NCBI RefSeq assembly: GCF_006345805.1
Contig: NC_043006.1
Location: 45,508,001-45,572,000 of the forward strand
From: Octopus sinensis
Lineage: Eukaryota
Length of the DNA: 64,000 nucleotides
Direction: 5' to 3'
Shown here: in pieces, positions 1 to 12,236 of the stretch
Layout of the letters: each line of letters opens with the position of its first letter
Numbering within the stretch: position 1 is the stretch's first letter
Notes under the pieces: model-generated
Seen by the model: the letters and a program-made list of their open reading frames with translations, nothing else
Database searches by the model: none
Told to the model about the DNA's origin: nothing
Position numbers and translations under genes: made by a program

Positions 1-185
1 TGCCACCTTGACTGGTGTCCGTGTTGATGGCACGTAAAAAGCACCAACCGATTGTGGCTGTTTCCATCTTCCTCTGGCCCCTGTATTGGTGGCACGTAAA
101 AAGCACCCACTACACTCACAGAGTGGTTGGCATTAGGAAGGGCATCCAGCTGTAGAAACAATGCCAGATCAGACTGGAGTCTGGA
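1..185 (+). mobile_element. Family D repeat (RTE-type tail SINE), partial
   Basis: GGTGGCACGTAAAAAGCACC subrepeats followed by GAGTGGTTGGCATTAGGAAGGGCATCCAGCTGTAGAAAC, shared with about ten other copies in the window. Confidence 0.8.
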
Positions 186-386
186 TGCCAACAACAACAA
201 CATTTTAATAAACTCATCATTATTCTCAAAATTTATTGAAGCAAAGGAATTACGTTTTTGCATAATCATGAGAGTAAAAGGGTTAACCTAAAATATCCCA
301 AACCATACAAATGCTCCAAGTTCAATAATTACATTACAAAAACCATATCTCGTCTTTTTTACAATGTCTGAAAATGCCTCTGCTCC

Positions 387-604
387 ACTCTTTAGCATTT
401 AAACCAGTTATATCTGGCCCTTATATTCTACCTGTTTTGTGCTCAAACTATCTAGATCCTGCCTCTTGAACGTACCCTTGAATATATGTCATTCCAAAAA
501 TAAACAAAGCCTTGAAGCTACAAGATAATGTCTGATTAATTCAAAACAGTTTGAATAAATAAGCAATACATTTGACAGAGTAATCTGAATGCTAAAGGGT
601 TTAA
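387..604 (+). mobile_element. piggyBac-type MITE, family E
   Basis: CTTTAGCATTT...AATGCTAAAGGGT termini ending at TTAA; interior matches 26873-27097 and 37254-37693. Confidence 0.7.
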
Positions 605-1483
605 TAGCTTTTGAATATTTTACAATAACACAATTACACCCTATATCTCTTCCCTTCAGCTCTTAATTACTGTTTTTCCAAACCATCACCATCATCATCA
701 GTGATACAGCATCGTTGAAAATTGGGTATTTGGATTTGCTTATGTCATGTTCCTGGTAAAGTCTTATTTACTTGTAGAATAAACAAAGATTTTTTTTTGT
801 TTTCTGATAATATGAGAAAAGACTTAAGAAAGTGAGAGGTATCAACCATTATTGAATTTACATAATGTTAACGATATGATGATAATCTGCCATGATGTTT
901 TTTAATTAAATCAGCTATCTTTAGTGTATGAAGTTAAAATTACTAAAACAATACATGAATATAACATTGTCTTTGTTAATTAGTTATACAAAAAAAAAAT
1001 GAATTCTATTAAACTTTATACATATATATATTATATATATATATTTTATAGTATATGATATATTTATATAGTTTAGGAAAGAGAAAGATTTCTAAAACTC
1101 ATATTGAATGCTGGGAATTCTGAATATACACAACCATCCTCACCACAATCATCGTCACCATCCCCACAATATCTACTTTTCCCACACTTGCGTGGGTTAA
1201 TTGAGACTTCTTGTGGCAGAGTTCTATAACCAGAGATGCCCTTCCTGGTACCAGCCCTTAATGTGAATTCAAGTATTCAAGTAAAGGGCTTTATTCCATT
1301 GGTCTTCATTTATTGAACTGCTGAGCTGTGGAACATAAGAGAATGAGATGATTGGGTGAGGCTGTTTGGAAACTGGTGATTTGGCACATTGAAACCATTT
1401 TGGCAATAGTACTTTTTAGCACTGGAGGCAAACACACTCACCCAAACGCACACACATACGTGTGCACAGAAATATACACTTGC

Positions 1484-1678
1484 GGCAAGCTGGCAGAAAC
1501 GTTTGCATGCTGGGCGAAATGCTTAGCGGTATTTCATCTGCCATTATGTTCTGAGTTCAAATTCCGCCGAGGTCAACTTTGCCAGTTACTCACTGGGGTT
1601 GATGTAATAGACTTAATCCCTTTGTCTGTCCTTGTTTGTCCCCTCTATGTTTAGCCCCTTGGGGGCAATAAAGAAATA
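1484..1678 (+). mobile_element. SINE family B (MetaSINE-like) with 16-bp TSD
   Basis: GGCAAGCTGGCAGAAACG head and GAGTTCAAATTCC B-box; TSD AGAAATATACACTTGC at 1468-1483 and 1679-1694. Confidence 0.9.
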
Positions 1679-1879
1679 AGAAATATACACTTGCAGATAG
1701 ATAGATAGATAGATAGAGAGAGTTGATGCCAAATTAGTGTAAAATCAGTGATGCGAAATAGGTGGTGCCAAAACATCTCATACCCAGAACAGAAACATCC
1801 CTGCTGCCCAAGTCATATCAATGCAAAGATGTGGAGACAATCATACACATACATGCAAACACACACAAGCATACATCAT

Positions 1880-2150
1880 CATCATCACCACCAAGTTTCC
1901 TCACTTGGTGCAACCAGTTGTTGGGATACCAATCTCGACACTTTTGCAATCAGCCATTGCCACTGGTCTCTGTTCTCTGTCATGCATAGCAGGATCCCTG
2001 TCCCAGTATTGTGACCTTTCCAGTCTTTCCTTATTGTGAGATCAGGGTGTTCAGGGAGAGACAATACTTTGGTTTCTATCAACAGTGGTACCTTTAGAGA
2101 TGGATAGGTACACTAGTTTTCAATCAGCTCTCACTTCTGGCTCTGAGACC
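1880..2150 (-). pseudogene. Decayed RTE-clade LINE 3' end
   Basis: Minus strand reads IRKDWKGHNTG...MTENRDQWQWLIAKVS, like the RTE ORF C-terminus (IKEWTG...TEDRxxWR), then a (GAT/GGT)n tail. Confidence 0.5.
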
Positions 2151-2439
2151 ATTTTTTCAGTCACACCCTGTTAACTGTTTTCACTGGCCTGCTGAACTTA
2201 AAGGGCTAAATGCTTGGGCAAGGAGACTCACACATGCGTACGCATTCATACAAATTTCACTTACAAGGCTATAGTATTTTGGTTCATAGAGTGGGATTGA
2301 ACCTAAAATCATGTGATTGCAAAGCAAACTTCTTAAACACACATCCATTCCTGCACCTACATATTTTAAAGATTTTTAGGAATTATGATTTATATTTTTA
2401 GGTGCTGGCCTAAGTTATCTCAACGGATTTTCTATTGTG

Positions 2440-2650
2440 TATCTTTGTGTTTATGCTTGTCCCTCATTGCTGCTTAACAAATAATGTTGGTTTGTTCACA
2501 TTTTTGTAACTTAGCAGTTCAGCAAAAGAGACTAATAGAAAAAATATCAGACTTCTTCAAAATATAATTATTGGGGTTCATGTGTTTGACTAAACTCTTC
2601 AAGGTAGTGCCAAAATATGGCTGCAGTCCAATGATTGAAACAAGTAAAAG
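2440..2650 (+). mobile_element. SINE family A, degenerate 3' half
   Basis: GTAACTTAGCAGTTCAGCAAAAGAGAC...TGAAACAAGTAAAAG. Confidence 0.7.
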
Positions 2651-2653
2651 ATG

Positions 2654-2713
<60 letters not shown>

Positions 2714-2714
2714 C

Positions 2715-3099
2715 ACTCTTACTCTTTACTCTCTTTTACTTGTTTCAGTCATTTGACTGCAGCCATGTGGGAGCACCACCTTTAGTTGAGCAAATCGACC
2801 CCAGGACTTATTCTTTGTAAGCCTAGTACTTATTCTATCGTTCTCTTTTGCCGAACCGCTAAGTTACAGGGACGTAAACACACCGATGTTGGGGAGGACA
2901 AACACAGACACACAAACACATACACACATATATATACGACGGGTTTCTTTCAGTTTCCGTCTACCAAATCCACTCACAAGGCTTTGGTCGGCCCAAGGCT
3001 ATAATAGAAGACACTTGCCCAAGGTGCCACACAGTGGGAATGAACCCGGAACCATGTGGTTCGTAAGCAAGCTACTTACCACACAGCCACTCCTGCGCC

Positions 3100-3100
<1 letters not shown>
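2715..3100 (-). mobile_element. SINE family A, full length
   Basis: tRNA-like head (GGAGTGGCTGTGTGGTAAG A-box, GGTTCATTCCC B-box), internal (TA)/(TG) microsatellite, GAGTAAAA tail. Confidence 0.9.
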
Positions 3101-3133
<33 letters not shown>

Positions 3134-3603
3134 TGCACACACAAGGTGGTCCAAAAGTAGGTTTACAGTTATCACGTAGGCGCTTTAAATTTCTTTTAAA
3201 ACATTTTATTACATTTAAATTTCTATCTTACAATTAACTAAATTAACATAGAATAATGGGTTCATATTTTTTTTGTATAATTAAGATCTAAACTCTTAAT
3301 ATATGAATGCAAAAGAGTTGAATAACTGCAAACCTACTTTTGGGTCACCCTCTATAAATAAGGGAGGGAGTTAATAGAATCACTAATGTATCAGACAAAA
3401 TACCTCGCCGTACTTAGCTGGAGTAGTTGAGTTCTCGGAGATCAATTCCTAGCCAGGTCAACTTCAATTTTTATCCTTCTGACATTGATAAAATAAGTAC
3501 CAGATATGTATTGGGGTTGATATATTTAAGTATAGGTCGTACCCAGCTTGGCTCCAGCTCAGTGACTGAAACCATAAAAGTGTGTGTGCTTGTGTGTGTG
3601 TAT

Positions 3604-3998
3604 TTACTCTTTTACTTGTCTCAGTCATTTGACTGTGGCCATGCTGGAACACCGCATTTAGTCGAGCAAATCGACCCCAGAACTTATTCTTTGTAAGCCT
3701 AGTACTTATTCTATCGGTCTCTTTTGCCGAACCGCTAAGTTAACGGGATGCAAACACACCAGCATCGGTTGTCAAGCGATGTTGGGGGGAGACAAACACA
3801 CACACACATATATATTTATACATATACATATATACGACAGGTTTCTTTCAGTTTCCGTCTACCAAATCCACTCACAAAGATTTGGTTGGCCTGAGGCTAT
3901 AGTAGAAGACACTTGCCTAAGGTGCCACGCAGTGGGACTGAACCTGGATCTATGTGGTTGGTAAGCAAGCTACTTACCACACAGCTACTCCTGCGCCT
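3604..3998 (-). mobile_element. SINE family A, full length
   Basis: High similarity to 2715-3100 along its length. Confidence 0.9.
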
Positions 3999-4023
3999 AT
4001 ATATATGTATATTTATAATATCT

Positions 4024-4395
4024 TTTATCTCTTTCTTGTTTCATTCTTTGAATTTTGGCCATACTGGGGCATAGCCTTGAAGAATTTAGTCAAGTATGGT
4101 ATTTATTCAATGATTCTCTTTTGCTAAACAACTAAGTTATGGGGACCTAGACAAACCAACACTGGTAGTCAAGCAGAGTTGTGTGTGCATGTGTGTGTGT
4201 GTGTGAGAGAGAGAGAAAAGCACACACAATAAGTATTCACACAGTTTCCATCTACCTAATTCATTCACAAGATATTGGTTCACCTGAAGATATAGTATAA
4301 AAGACACTTGGCTCAGGTACCACACGGCAGGACTGAACCTAAAACCACTTGGTTGCAAAGCAAGCTTCGCAATCACACGGCCATGCCTGCGGCCT
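4024..4395 (-). mobile_element. SINE family A, old degenerate copy
   Basis: Head, internal microsatellite and tail recognisable with many substitutions. Confidence 0.7.
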
Positions 4396-4709
4396 ATACA
4401 TTTATATAGATAGAAATATTACGTCATTTTATAATGTAGCATATTTACTATGCTCTGGTAAAAATCCAATATTAAATCAACTCTAACAGAAGCCTCTCTT
4501 TGCTTTAATCTCCACACCTAAAAATAAGTAGTAAAGTCGTTTGTTAAAAAAAATATAATAAAAAGCAGAAAAACAACTCAAAACAAAACAAAAAAGGTTA
4601 GGCATAACCTAAGAATAAAAGAGAAATAGATGGAATTTCTGGTTGAATATATTACCATTGGGTCAGTGGACATGTGTGAGTGCTAATATGTTCAGGTGTG
4701 GTGTGGTGC

Positions 4710-4742
<33 letters not shown>

Positions 4743-6381
4743 TACACATACACACCTTGTTGGCTATTGGCACTCTGTAATACTAGTTGCTGTGTATAGA
4801 AAATGCTGAAGGAAACAAGTAGAAAAAAAAATTGAATATTTCATTATTTCTTTATTTATTTCTGATATGAATATCTAGTCATATATTTAATTTTTTCTTG
4901 TTTTTTTTTTATTTTGCTATACTGTTTTTTTTTAAATAATTTGTCATGTGTATGTGTGTGTGTGTGTGTGTGTGAAGTTCTTAAGAAGAATTATTGTTCA
5001 ACATAATGTGTAGCTGCTGTAACTGACATAATTTTAAAACTTCCTTTCTTTGTCAAACTTTGTCAGACACTTATTCTTGTGAGATATTTGTTCTTTTGGG
5101 ACACTTTAGGTCTTTAGTCTTGCATTTCTTTCTATGGTTCCAGAAAGGTCAGTGGGAATACAACTGTGATTAAATTTTGCATGAAAATGGTCTGCATTTT
5201 TGTCTAGTGCTGCCTTCTCATATTATTTGCTTTTCAATCTGCTTATCTGGGTCAGACCTCGTCTCTCTCTCATGAGACCATGTGCTACATTTTACTCTGT
5301 AGTAGTTTTTTTTATGGTGTCTTTTCATATGAAAAGCTTTTCAAATATATTTTATGTATTTTGATAATCTTTTTGGTTGGAATAAAGCTAAGAGAGCAAA
5401 ACATATACCTTTTTATATAAAACTTTATTTTTATACTTATTTTTGTTTATGAAATGTTTTGAGTGTTTTTAGAAGTCATCAACCTGCTCCCAACCTAGAG
5501 ATTTCTTACACATAATAAATAAAATATCTTACCCTCTCCCCTTATGTTTAGACTTTGATACTTTCATTCCTCTGATACTGAATTAATGAAAACTAATAAT
5601 TAAAAGTTTAACCAAAATAATTCAGGCTATCAGTGGTATCTGATAAGAAAGAGGTTATTTCCCTTTGAATAGCTTTTGCTTTTTTTTTATACTTTTATTT
5701 GTTTGTATCTTGCTTCTATTACTGTCCTTAACAAACTGGTTCTCTTTCATGCTTGAATGCTTTATTAACTCAACAAACCTTAATATTTTACACAGACATA
5801 CCAATCAATATATCCTGTTGTATTTATGTAGAATCTAACATGGTGTTGCTACATCTTTTGTTTTTTTTTTTCCTATTTGAAGAACTTACATCTAAATTGA
5901 CTTAACATTTGGAATTGCAACTATTAATACATAATTTATTTGATTATTTAAGAATTCTCTCAAATAATTTTATTTTTCAACATCGGAAAAAGAATGGTTA
6001 AATTAACAAAGTGGTCGATATAGAATGAAAATAGATTCAATATCTTATAGCGTATTGTTATAGTATATGTATAAAGCTAGAAGCGTGTGTCTATTTAGAT
6101 TGTAATATCTTTACCAACTAGGTTGCTAAGTTTTGAGTTTTTGCCTTGTTTGTTGATAGATCAGTTAGCTCTTCATATGGCGCTAGTGAAGTTGAACCAG
6201 TTTGAATTGACAGCCACTGACTTTAATATCTAAAGTAGGGCATCTTCTTGTGTTTGGTTAGGTATACAGCTGAGACGGAAGTAAGAAGGATTTAATCTCG
6301 ATTTTTAATTCACTTGAAAGTTTCCATTCTCAAAACATGTCTAAGATGTTACCACCAAATGGTTTAGTACCATATCATTCA

Positions 6382-6382
<1 letters not shown>

Positions 6383-6422
<40 letters not shown>
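6383..6422. repeat. (TA)n microsatellite
   Basis: Uninterrupted TA run. Confidence 0.95.
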
Positions 6423-6424
<2 letters not shown>

Positions 6425-6721
6425 ATTTCTTCTTCTCTGAATCTGCAAGTTGTGTAAATATTAAAAAGAGTGTTTTTTGTAGCCTATACACAGGGATGCA
6501 AGCCTATAAATGTGTCTGTGTGTGTACATTATATGTAGAAATGTGTGTGTGTGTGTGGTGTGTGTGCGCGTACGTGTACACACTGACAGGTATTTGCTTA
6601 TTTAAAGCTGAAGCTTTCATCCTTTGCAACTTCACTATTTCTATAATGTTCCTCAAGGCAACATTATATATATATATATTTGTATGTGTAATATAACAAT
6701 TTTAGAGAAATACCATATATA

Positions 6722-6960
6722 TATTCTTTTACTTGTTTCAGTCATTTGACTGCAGCCATACTGAAGCACCACCTACAAGGGTTTTTTTTAGTTGAAGAAA
6801 TCAACCTCCGGACTTATTCTTTGTAAGCCTAGTACTTATTCTATTGGTCTCTTTTGCTGAACTGATAAGTTATGGAGGTGTAAACATCGGTTGTCAAGTG
6901 ATGGTGGGTGTGTGTGTGGGGGGGAACAAAGACACACACATAAATATATACATATACATA
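6722..6960 (-). mobile_element. SINE family A, 3' half
   Basis: CTTTTACTTGTTTCAGTCATTTGACTG...GACTTATTCTTTGTAAGCCTAGTACTTATTCT. Confidence 0.8.
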
Positions 6961-6971
6961 CATATTATAAA

Positions 6972-7190
6972 TCATGGCACTCCGTCGGTTACAACAACAA
7001 GGGTTCCAGTTGATCCGATCAGCGGAACAGCCTGCCTGTGAAATTAACATGCAAGTGACTGAGCACTCCACAGACACGTGTAGTTCTCGGGGAGATTCAG
7101 TGTGACAGAAAGTGTGACAAGTGTGACAATACAGGTACAACAGAAACAGGGAAAAAGAGTGAGAGAAAGTTGTGGCGAAAGAGTACAGCA
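6972..7190 (-). mobile_element. SINE family F-related body
   Basis: AAAGAGTGAGAGAAAGTTGTGGCGAAAGAGT is the reverse complement of ACTCTTTCACCACAACTTTCTCTCACTCTTT in the copy at 36885-37190. Confidence 0.65.
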
Positions 7191-7347
7191 GCCCTGTCTA
7201 GGATTCAAACTCACAACCTTACGATCTGGGCAAGGTTGTTTATGGAAGACTGCTGGTCTTCCATAAACAACTTTGCCCAGACTTGTGCCTGGGAGGGTAA
7301 CTTTCTAGGTGCAATCCCACGGTTAGTCATTACCAAAGGGGGTCTCA
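7185..7347. mobile_element. Rearranged SINE family C fragments (minus head, fold-back, plus tail)
   Basis: C head on the minus strand, 24-bp inverted repeat 7227-7279, then C tail GGGTAACTTTCTAGGTGCAATCCC on the plus strand. Confidence 0.7.
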
Positions 7348-7559
7348 ATATACAAAGTATGAGGGGAGGTAGTTTACAAGTGATCTAAAGGATTAGGTAT
7401 GCTAGGTAAGTGCTGTAACAGATTACTAGGGGTCCAAAGTTATGGCCAAGATGGTAGTTATGGAGCTGTTGCAGATTTCTGATATAGCAGATATATAATT
7501 GCTTAACAGGGTGTCAAACATTAAGGCAAGGCAAACATCTCAAGTGGTATGCAATATTA

Positions 7560-8096
7560 TTATTAGAAAAAAAATTTTGAAGTCTTACAGCTGTTTCTGG
7601 GATATTCCGTCATCAGAGAAAAATAGGGAAAGATAGGGAAAATGGAAATGGTATATATTGATGATATAATAGAGGAAGGGAGTAAAAGTATAAGGAGATG
7701 GAAAGAAAGAATAAAATAGAATCATAAAAGTTCATAGTTCAACTTTCCAAAACAAAAGCACAAGTCCTTAGGTGCAATCCTGTTTAGATCCATGTGGGTT
7801 AAAATCCTGATATAGTGGATGTATAAAAATTTTATATATATATATTTAAAATGAGGGTGAAAAATTAAATATTAATTAAATTAATATCAATTTAAAACCA
7901 GTGGTCTAGCATATTAAAATCTGAAGGTTTAGAAAATTATATAACATACATAGAAGAGAGATGACCACAACGTAGACAATCCTTATGCTAGAAGTAGATC
8001 CTCTATGGTATTAGTGGTAAGGCCATAGCGGATCTACTTCTAGCATAGGGGTTGTCCATGTTGTGGTCATTCCTCTTATATGTATGTTGTATATAT
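7560..8096 (-). mobile_element. Penelope-like non-autonomous element (hammerhead motif at one end, inverted duplication at the other)
   Basis: Hammerhead motif 7583-7619 on the minus strand and about 70-bp inverted arms 7938-8096; PLE assignment inferred from architecture only. Confidence 0.5.
7583..7619 (-). ncRNA. Minimal type I hammerhead ribozyme motif
   Basis: Minus strand TCT-CTGATGA-C-GGA ATA TCC-CA-GAAA-C AGCT G-TA-AGA: intact core, 3-bp stem I, 3-bp stem II, palindromic stem III, GUA cleavage triplet. Confidence 0.65.
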
Positions 8097-8131
8097 ATAA
8101 ATATACACACGCATATATGTGTGTGTGTGCC

Positions 8132-8176
<45 letters not shown>

Positions 8177-9074
8177 GCATATGTGTGTGTGTGTGTCTAT
8201 ATACATATATATATATATGTATATGTATATAGACACACACACACACAATTTATTTACTTCTTTCAAAAGAATGAATTAGAATGAACAAGTCAGTGACTTT
8301 ATATATTTTTTTATTTTAATATATTCATATTGGCATTTAATCTAAATCAGTTTATTTATAATGCAATACTTCGTCTTGGTTTATGAAAATTTACTATTAA
8401 ATTATTTGTTTTTTAACCCAGTGTTAATTATATATTTATTTCGCATTCGTTTGTCTTTGCATATACAATATTTATTATAACTTTAAAAATAAGAAAAAAA
8501 AAAAAGTTACCACCCTATTTTCGGAAGCGCTCTGCAAGAAGTCTGATTTGTGCTGCAACATAGATTTTTAAATTTTGCTCTGTAAATAGAATTCTCGTTG
8601 TTGTTCTTGGCATTTAGTAACTTTTTTTTTTTCCCATAATGTTCGAAACAATTTAAAAAAGAGAAGCAAACTTGTTTATGAATATATGTTGTTTATTTTC
8701 ATCATATATCTTCTCTATCAACGAGCCAAAGACATGTTCTATAATTCTAATAAAATTAAAGAATAACCAATGAGAAGAGGGGTGGGATAATAAAATCAAT
8801 TAATTGAATCGAATTCAGCTTTTGTCTCTTACCACTCTGAAAATAGCTCTTGAAGGAAATCTTTTTCATTAGATGCCAAAAATAATATCTACATCCCAAT
8901 TTACATTTTCAGTATTCATGGAGTGAGCTGTTTGACGACTTGACTCATTTTCTTTTTAGATTCCCCTAATTCTGTGCTCTTCTCTCATACCATAAGTGAA
9001 TTTCTTACTAACTTATGTTATTTAGGTGATTTTTGTTTTTTCCCCTTTTACTTCAGTTTGAAACTTTGGAAATT

Positions 9075-9370
9075 GGTTTCCAGTTCTCCATGGCACCTTG
9101 GGCAAGTGTCTTCTACTATAGCCCAAGGCTGGCCAAAGCCTTGTGAGTAAATTTGATTGATGGAAGCCTTACTGTGCGAGTGTGTGTGTGTTATTGTCTC
9201 TGACCTTGTCTGGTGGTTGTGACATGTTTGGTCATGCGGAACATCATCTTGTTTGGAAACAGGTGTGAGTTGGTGACAGGAAGGGCATTCAGCTGTAAAA
9301 AAGCTGCTTCAACAATTTCTGTCTGACCCATGCAAGCATGGGAAATTGGATGTTAAGTGATGATGATGAT
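9075..9370 (+). mobile_element. Chimeric SINE: family A head plus RTE-type (D-like) tail
   Basis: GGCACCTTGGGCAAGTGTCTTCTACTATAGC head joined to GGTGACAGGAAGGGCATTCAGCTG...GATGATGATGAT. Confidence 0.7.
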
Positions 9371-9549
9371 TGGTGATTTATGGATTTGAACAAATGTTTA
9401 GAACTCAGGATCAATTCAACAATTATTAAATTCTTTATGCCATCAGCAAATAGAAATCTAGATATTTTGGATATTAATTTGAAGAGTTTACACATAAAAG
9501 TAATAAAATCTATTTCATAAATGGAATAAAATAAATTCTGGTTAGTTGT

Positions 9550-9915
9550 CATCTTTTATCTTTTACTAATTTCAGCCATTGAACTGTGGCCATACTGGGG
9601 CATCTCTTTGAAGGGTTTTTAGTCAAACAAACTGATCCCAGTAGTTATGTTGTTTTTAACTTTGCTACTTACTCCATCAATTTCTTTTGCTGAACAGCTG
9701 ATATGTAGGAACATAAACAAACCAATACAGGTTGTCAAGCAGTGGTTGGGGTGGGGTGGGTCTGATATACAGAGATACAAAAGCACACACATCAACCAGA
9801 TTCACTCACATGGCATTGGTTTACAAGGGGCTATAGTAGAAGACACTTGCCCTAGGACTGAACCACAAACCCTTTGATTGCAAAGCAAGCTTCTTAACCA
9901 TATAGCCATGCTTAT
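9550..9915 (-). mobile_element. SINE family A, degenerate
   Basis: Tail and head motifs in minus orientation. Confidence 0.65.
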
Positions 9916-9927
9916 GTCATGGAAATA

Positions 9928-10303
9928 ACTCTTTACTCTCTTTTACTTGTTTCAGCCATTTGACTATGGCCATGCTGGAGCACTGCCTTTAGACTTATTC
10001 TTAGTAAGCCTAGTACTTATTCTATCGGTCTGTTTTGCCGAACTGCTAAGTTACAGGGACATAAACACACCAGCATCGGTTGTCAAGCAATGTTGGGGAG
10101 ACAAACACAGACACATACACACATATATACATATATACGATGGGCTTCTTTTAGCTTCTGTCTACCAAATCCACTCACAAGGCTTTGGTTGGCCCGAGGC
10201 TATAGTAGAAGACACCTACTCAAGATGCCACACAGTGGGACTGAACCCAGAACTATGTGGTTTGTAAGCAAGCTACTTACCACACTGCCGCTCGTACACC
10301 TAT
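9928..10303 (-). mobile_element. SINE family A, near full length
   Basis: Matches the family A consensus. Confidence 0.9.
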
Positions 10304-10616
10304 AAAAATGTTACACACCCGCAGATTTTTTTTATTATATGTCCATTCTAGGTTATTATTTAAAATATAAAATGTCTCACTTTGAGACAAGATTGCCCAT
10401 TCTTTTAGAGGAGATAGGAAGAATAAAGTTGGAATGATTCAATTGATTCCTGCTATATTACTGGTATCTATTTTATCAACTCCTGCAAGGATGCCAGGCA
10501 AAATTAGCCATACTAGAATTTTAACACACCAAACACACAGAGATATTAATTAAATAGTGCAAAGCATTTTATTTCATCTTATATTCCACTGACTCCTTTA
10601 TTTATCATTCTTTAGT

Positions 10617-10946
10617 GAAGGTGCATGGCTCAGTAGTTAGAGCGTTGAGCTTACGATCGTGAGGTTGTGAGCTCGAATCCCGGACTGGGCTGTGTGTTGT
10701 GTTCTTGAGCAAGTCACTTTATTTCACATTGCTCCAGTTCACCCAGCTGTAGAAATGAGTTGCGACGTCACAGGTGCCAAGCTGTATCGGCCTTTGCCTT
10801 TCCTTTGGATAACACTGGTGGCGTTAAGAGGGGAGGCTGGTATGCATGAGCGACTGCTGGTCTTCCATAAACAACCTTGCCCGGACTTGTGCCTGGGAGG
10901 GTAACTTTCTAGGTGCAAGCCCAGTGTCGTGACTGAAGGGGGTCTC
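10617..10946 (+). mobile_element. SINE family C (tRNA head, CORE-like domain), full length
   Basis: GGCTCAGTAGTTAGAGCG A-box, GCTCGAATCCC B-box, TTCTTGAGCAAGTCACTTTATTTCAC...CAGCTGTAGAAATG resembling the CORE domain. Confidence 0.85.
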
Positions 10947-10994
10947 AGACTCAGGATGACATGAAAATTTGTGAAGCATTCCATAATTTATTCT

Positions 10995-11192
10995 CACGTC
11001 AGTGCCATGTAAAAAGCATGCAATACACTCTGTAAAGAGGCTGGTATTAGGATGGGTATCCAGCTGTAGAAACCATACCAAAACAGATGATTGGAGCCTG
11101 GTGCAGCTCTCCAGCTTCCCAGCACCTGTCAAACTGTCCAACCCAGGACAGGACTGAAAATGGAGGTTAAATGATGACGATTATGATGATCA
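10995..11192 (+). mobile_element. Family D repeat
   Basis: GGGTATCCAGCTGTAGAAACC...GATGACGATTATGATGAT tail. Confidence 0.75.
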
Positions 11193-11344
11193 TCATGAGT
11201 TTTTAAAAAATATTTAATTCTTTTTTAAGCATGAAGTTAATTATTTTGTGATAGTTGGGGGCTGGTTGTTCTGGCCAGTCTAATTGATTTGATGTATTAT
11301 TTAGTATTTTAGCAATAAAGTGTGTGTGTGTGTGGGAAGATTCA

Positions 11345-11678
11345 TAGATCAGTGGTTAGAGTGTCAGGCTTACAATCACCAGACTGTGAGTTTGATTCCT
11401 GGACCGGGCTATGTGTTGTGTTCTTGAGCAAGACACTTTATTTCACGTTGCTCCAGTTCACTCAGCTGTAGAAACGAGTTGCAATGTTACTGGTGCCAAG
11501 CTGTATTGGCCATTGCCTTTCCCTTGGACAACATTGGTGGTGTGGAGAAGGAAGGTTGGTATGCATGGGCGACTGCTGGTCTTCGAGAAACAATCATGCC
11601 TGGACTTGTACCTTGGAGGGAAACTTTCTAGGTGCAATTTCATAGTCATTCATGACCGAAGGGAGTCTTTACCCTTAA
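11345..11678 (+). mobile_element. SINE family C
   Basis: Colinear with 10617-10946. Confidence 0.85.
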
Positions 11679-12003
11679 CCCCCCTCCCCACATGCATGCA
11701 TGCGCGCGTACACACAGACACAAAAAATGACAAATGATAACGATCCAAGAGAACTAACTCTGAGTGACCAGTGGTATGTATTTGAACGGGATAGACAGAT
11801 ACAGGTATGTCAAATGCCATACAGCATAAATTCACAATTTATTAAAATCATCTCTTCCTATAAAGCATGTGACATAATTATTAAATGGTAATTAAGACCA
11901 GCTCCACAAGAAGAATCATGAATTGTTTAAAGTTGACATGGCATTAAAGAAAACACAGACTTATTGTCTAGAGACAAGAAGACAGTGATGGACACATGTT
12001 TCT

Positions 12004-12236
12004 TATTTCTTTACTGCCAATGAGGGGCTACACACAGAGGAGACAAACAAGGGCAGACAAACAGATTAAGTCAATTATATTGACCCCAGTGTGTAACTGG
12101 TACTTAATTTATCGACTCCGAAAGGATGAAAGGCAAAGTTGACCTCGGTGGAATTTGAACTCAGAATGTAGTGGCAGACAAAATACCACTAAGCATTTCA
12201 CCTGGCGTGCTAACGTTTCTGCCAGCTCACCACCTT
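12004..12236 (-). mobile_element. SINE family B with 16-bp TSD
   Basis: TSD ATGGACACATGTTTCT at 11988-12003 and 12237-12252. Confidence 0.9.

Noticed and set aside
10617-10690. tRNA-like sequences (also 36887-36960 and 37903-37965)
   Set aside because: They lack a complete acceptor stem and run directly into SINE bodies, so they are SINE heads and not functional tRNA genes.
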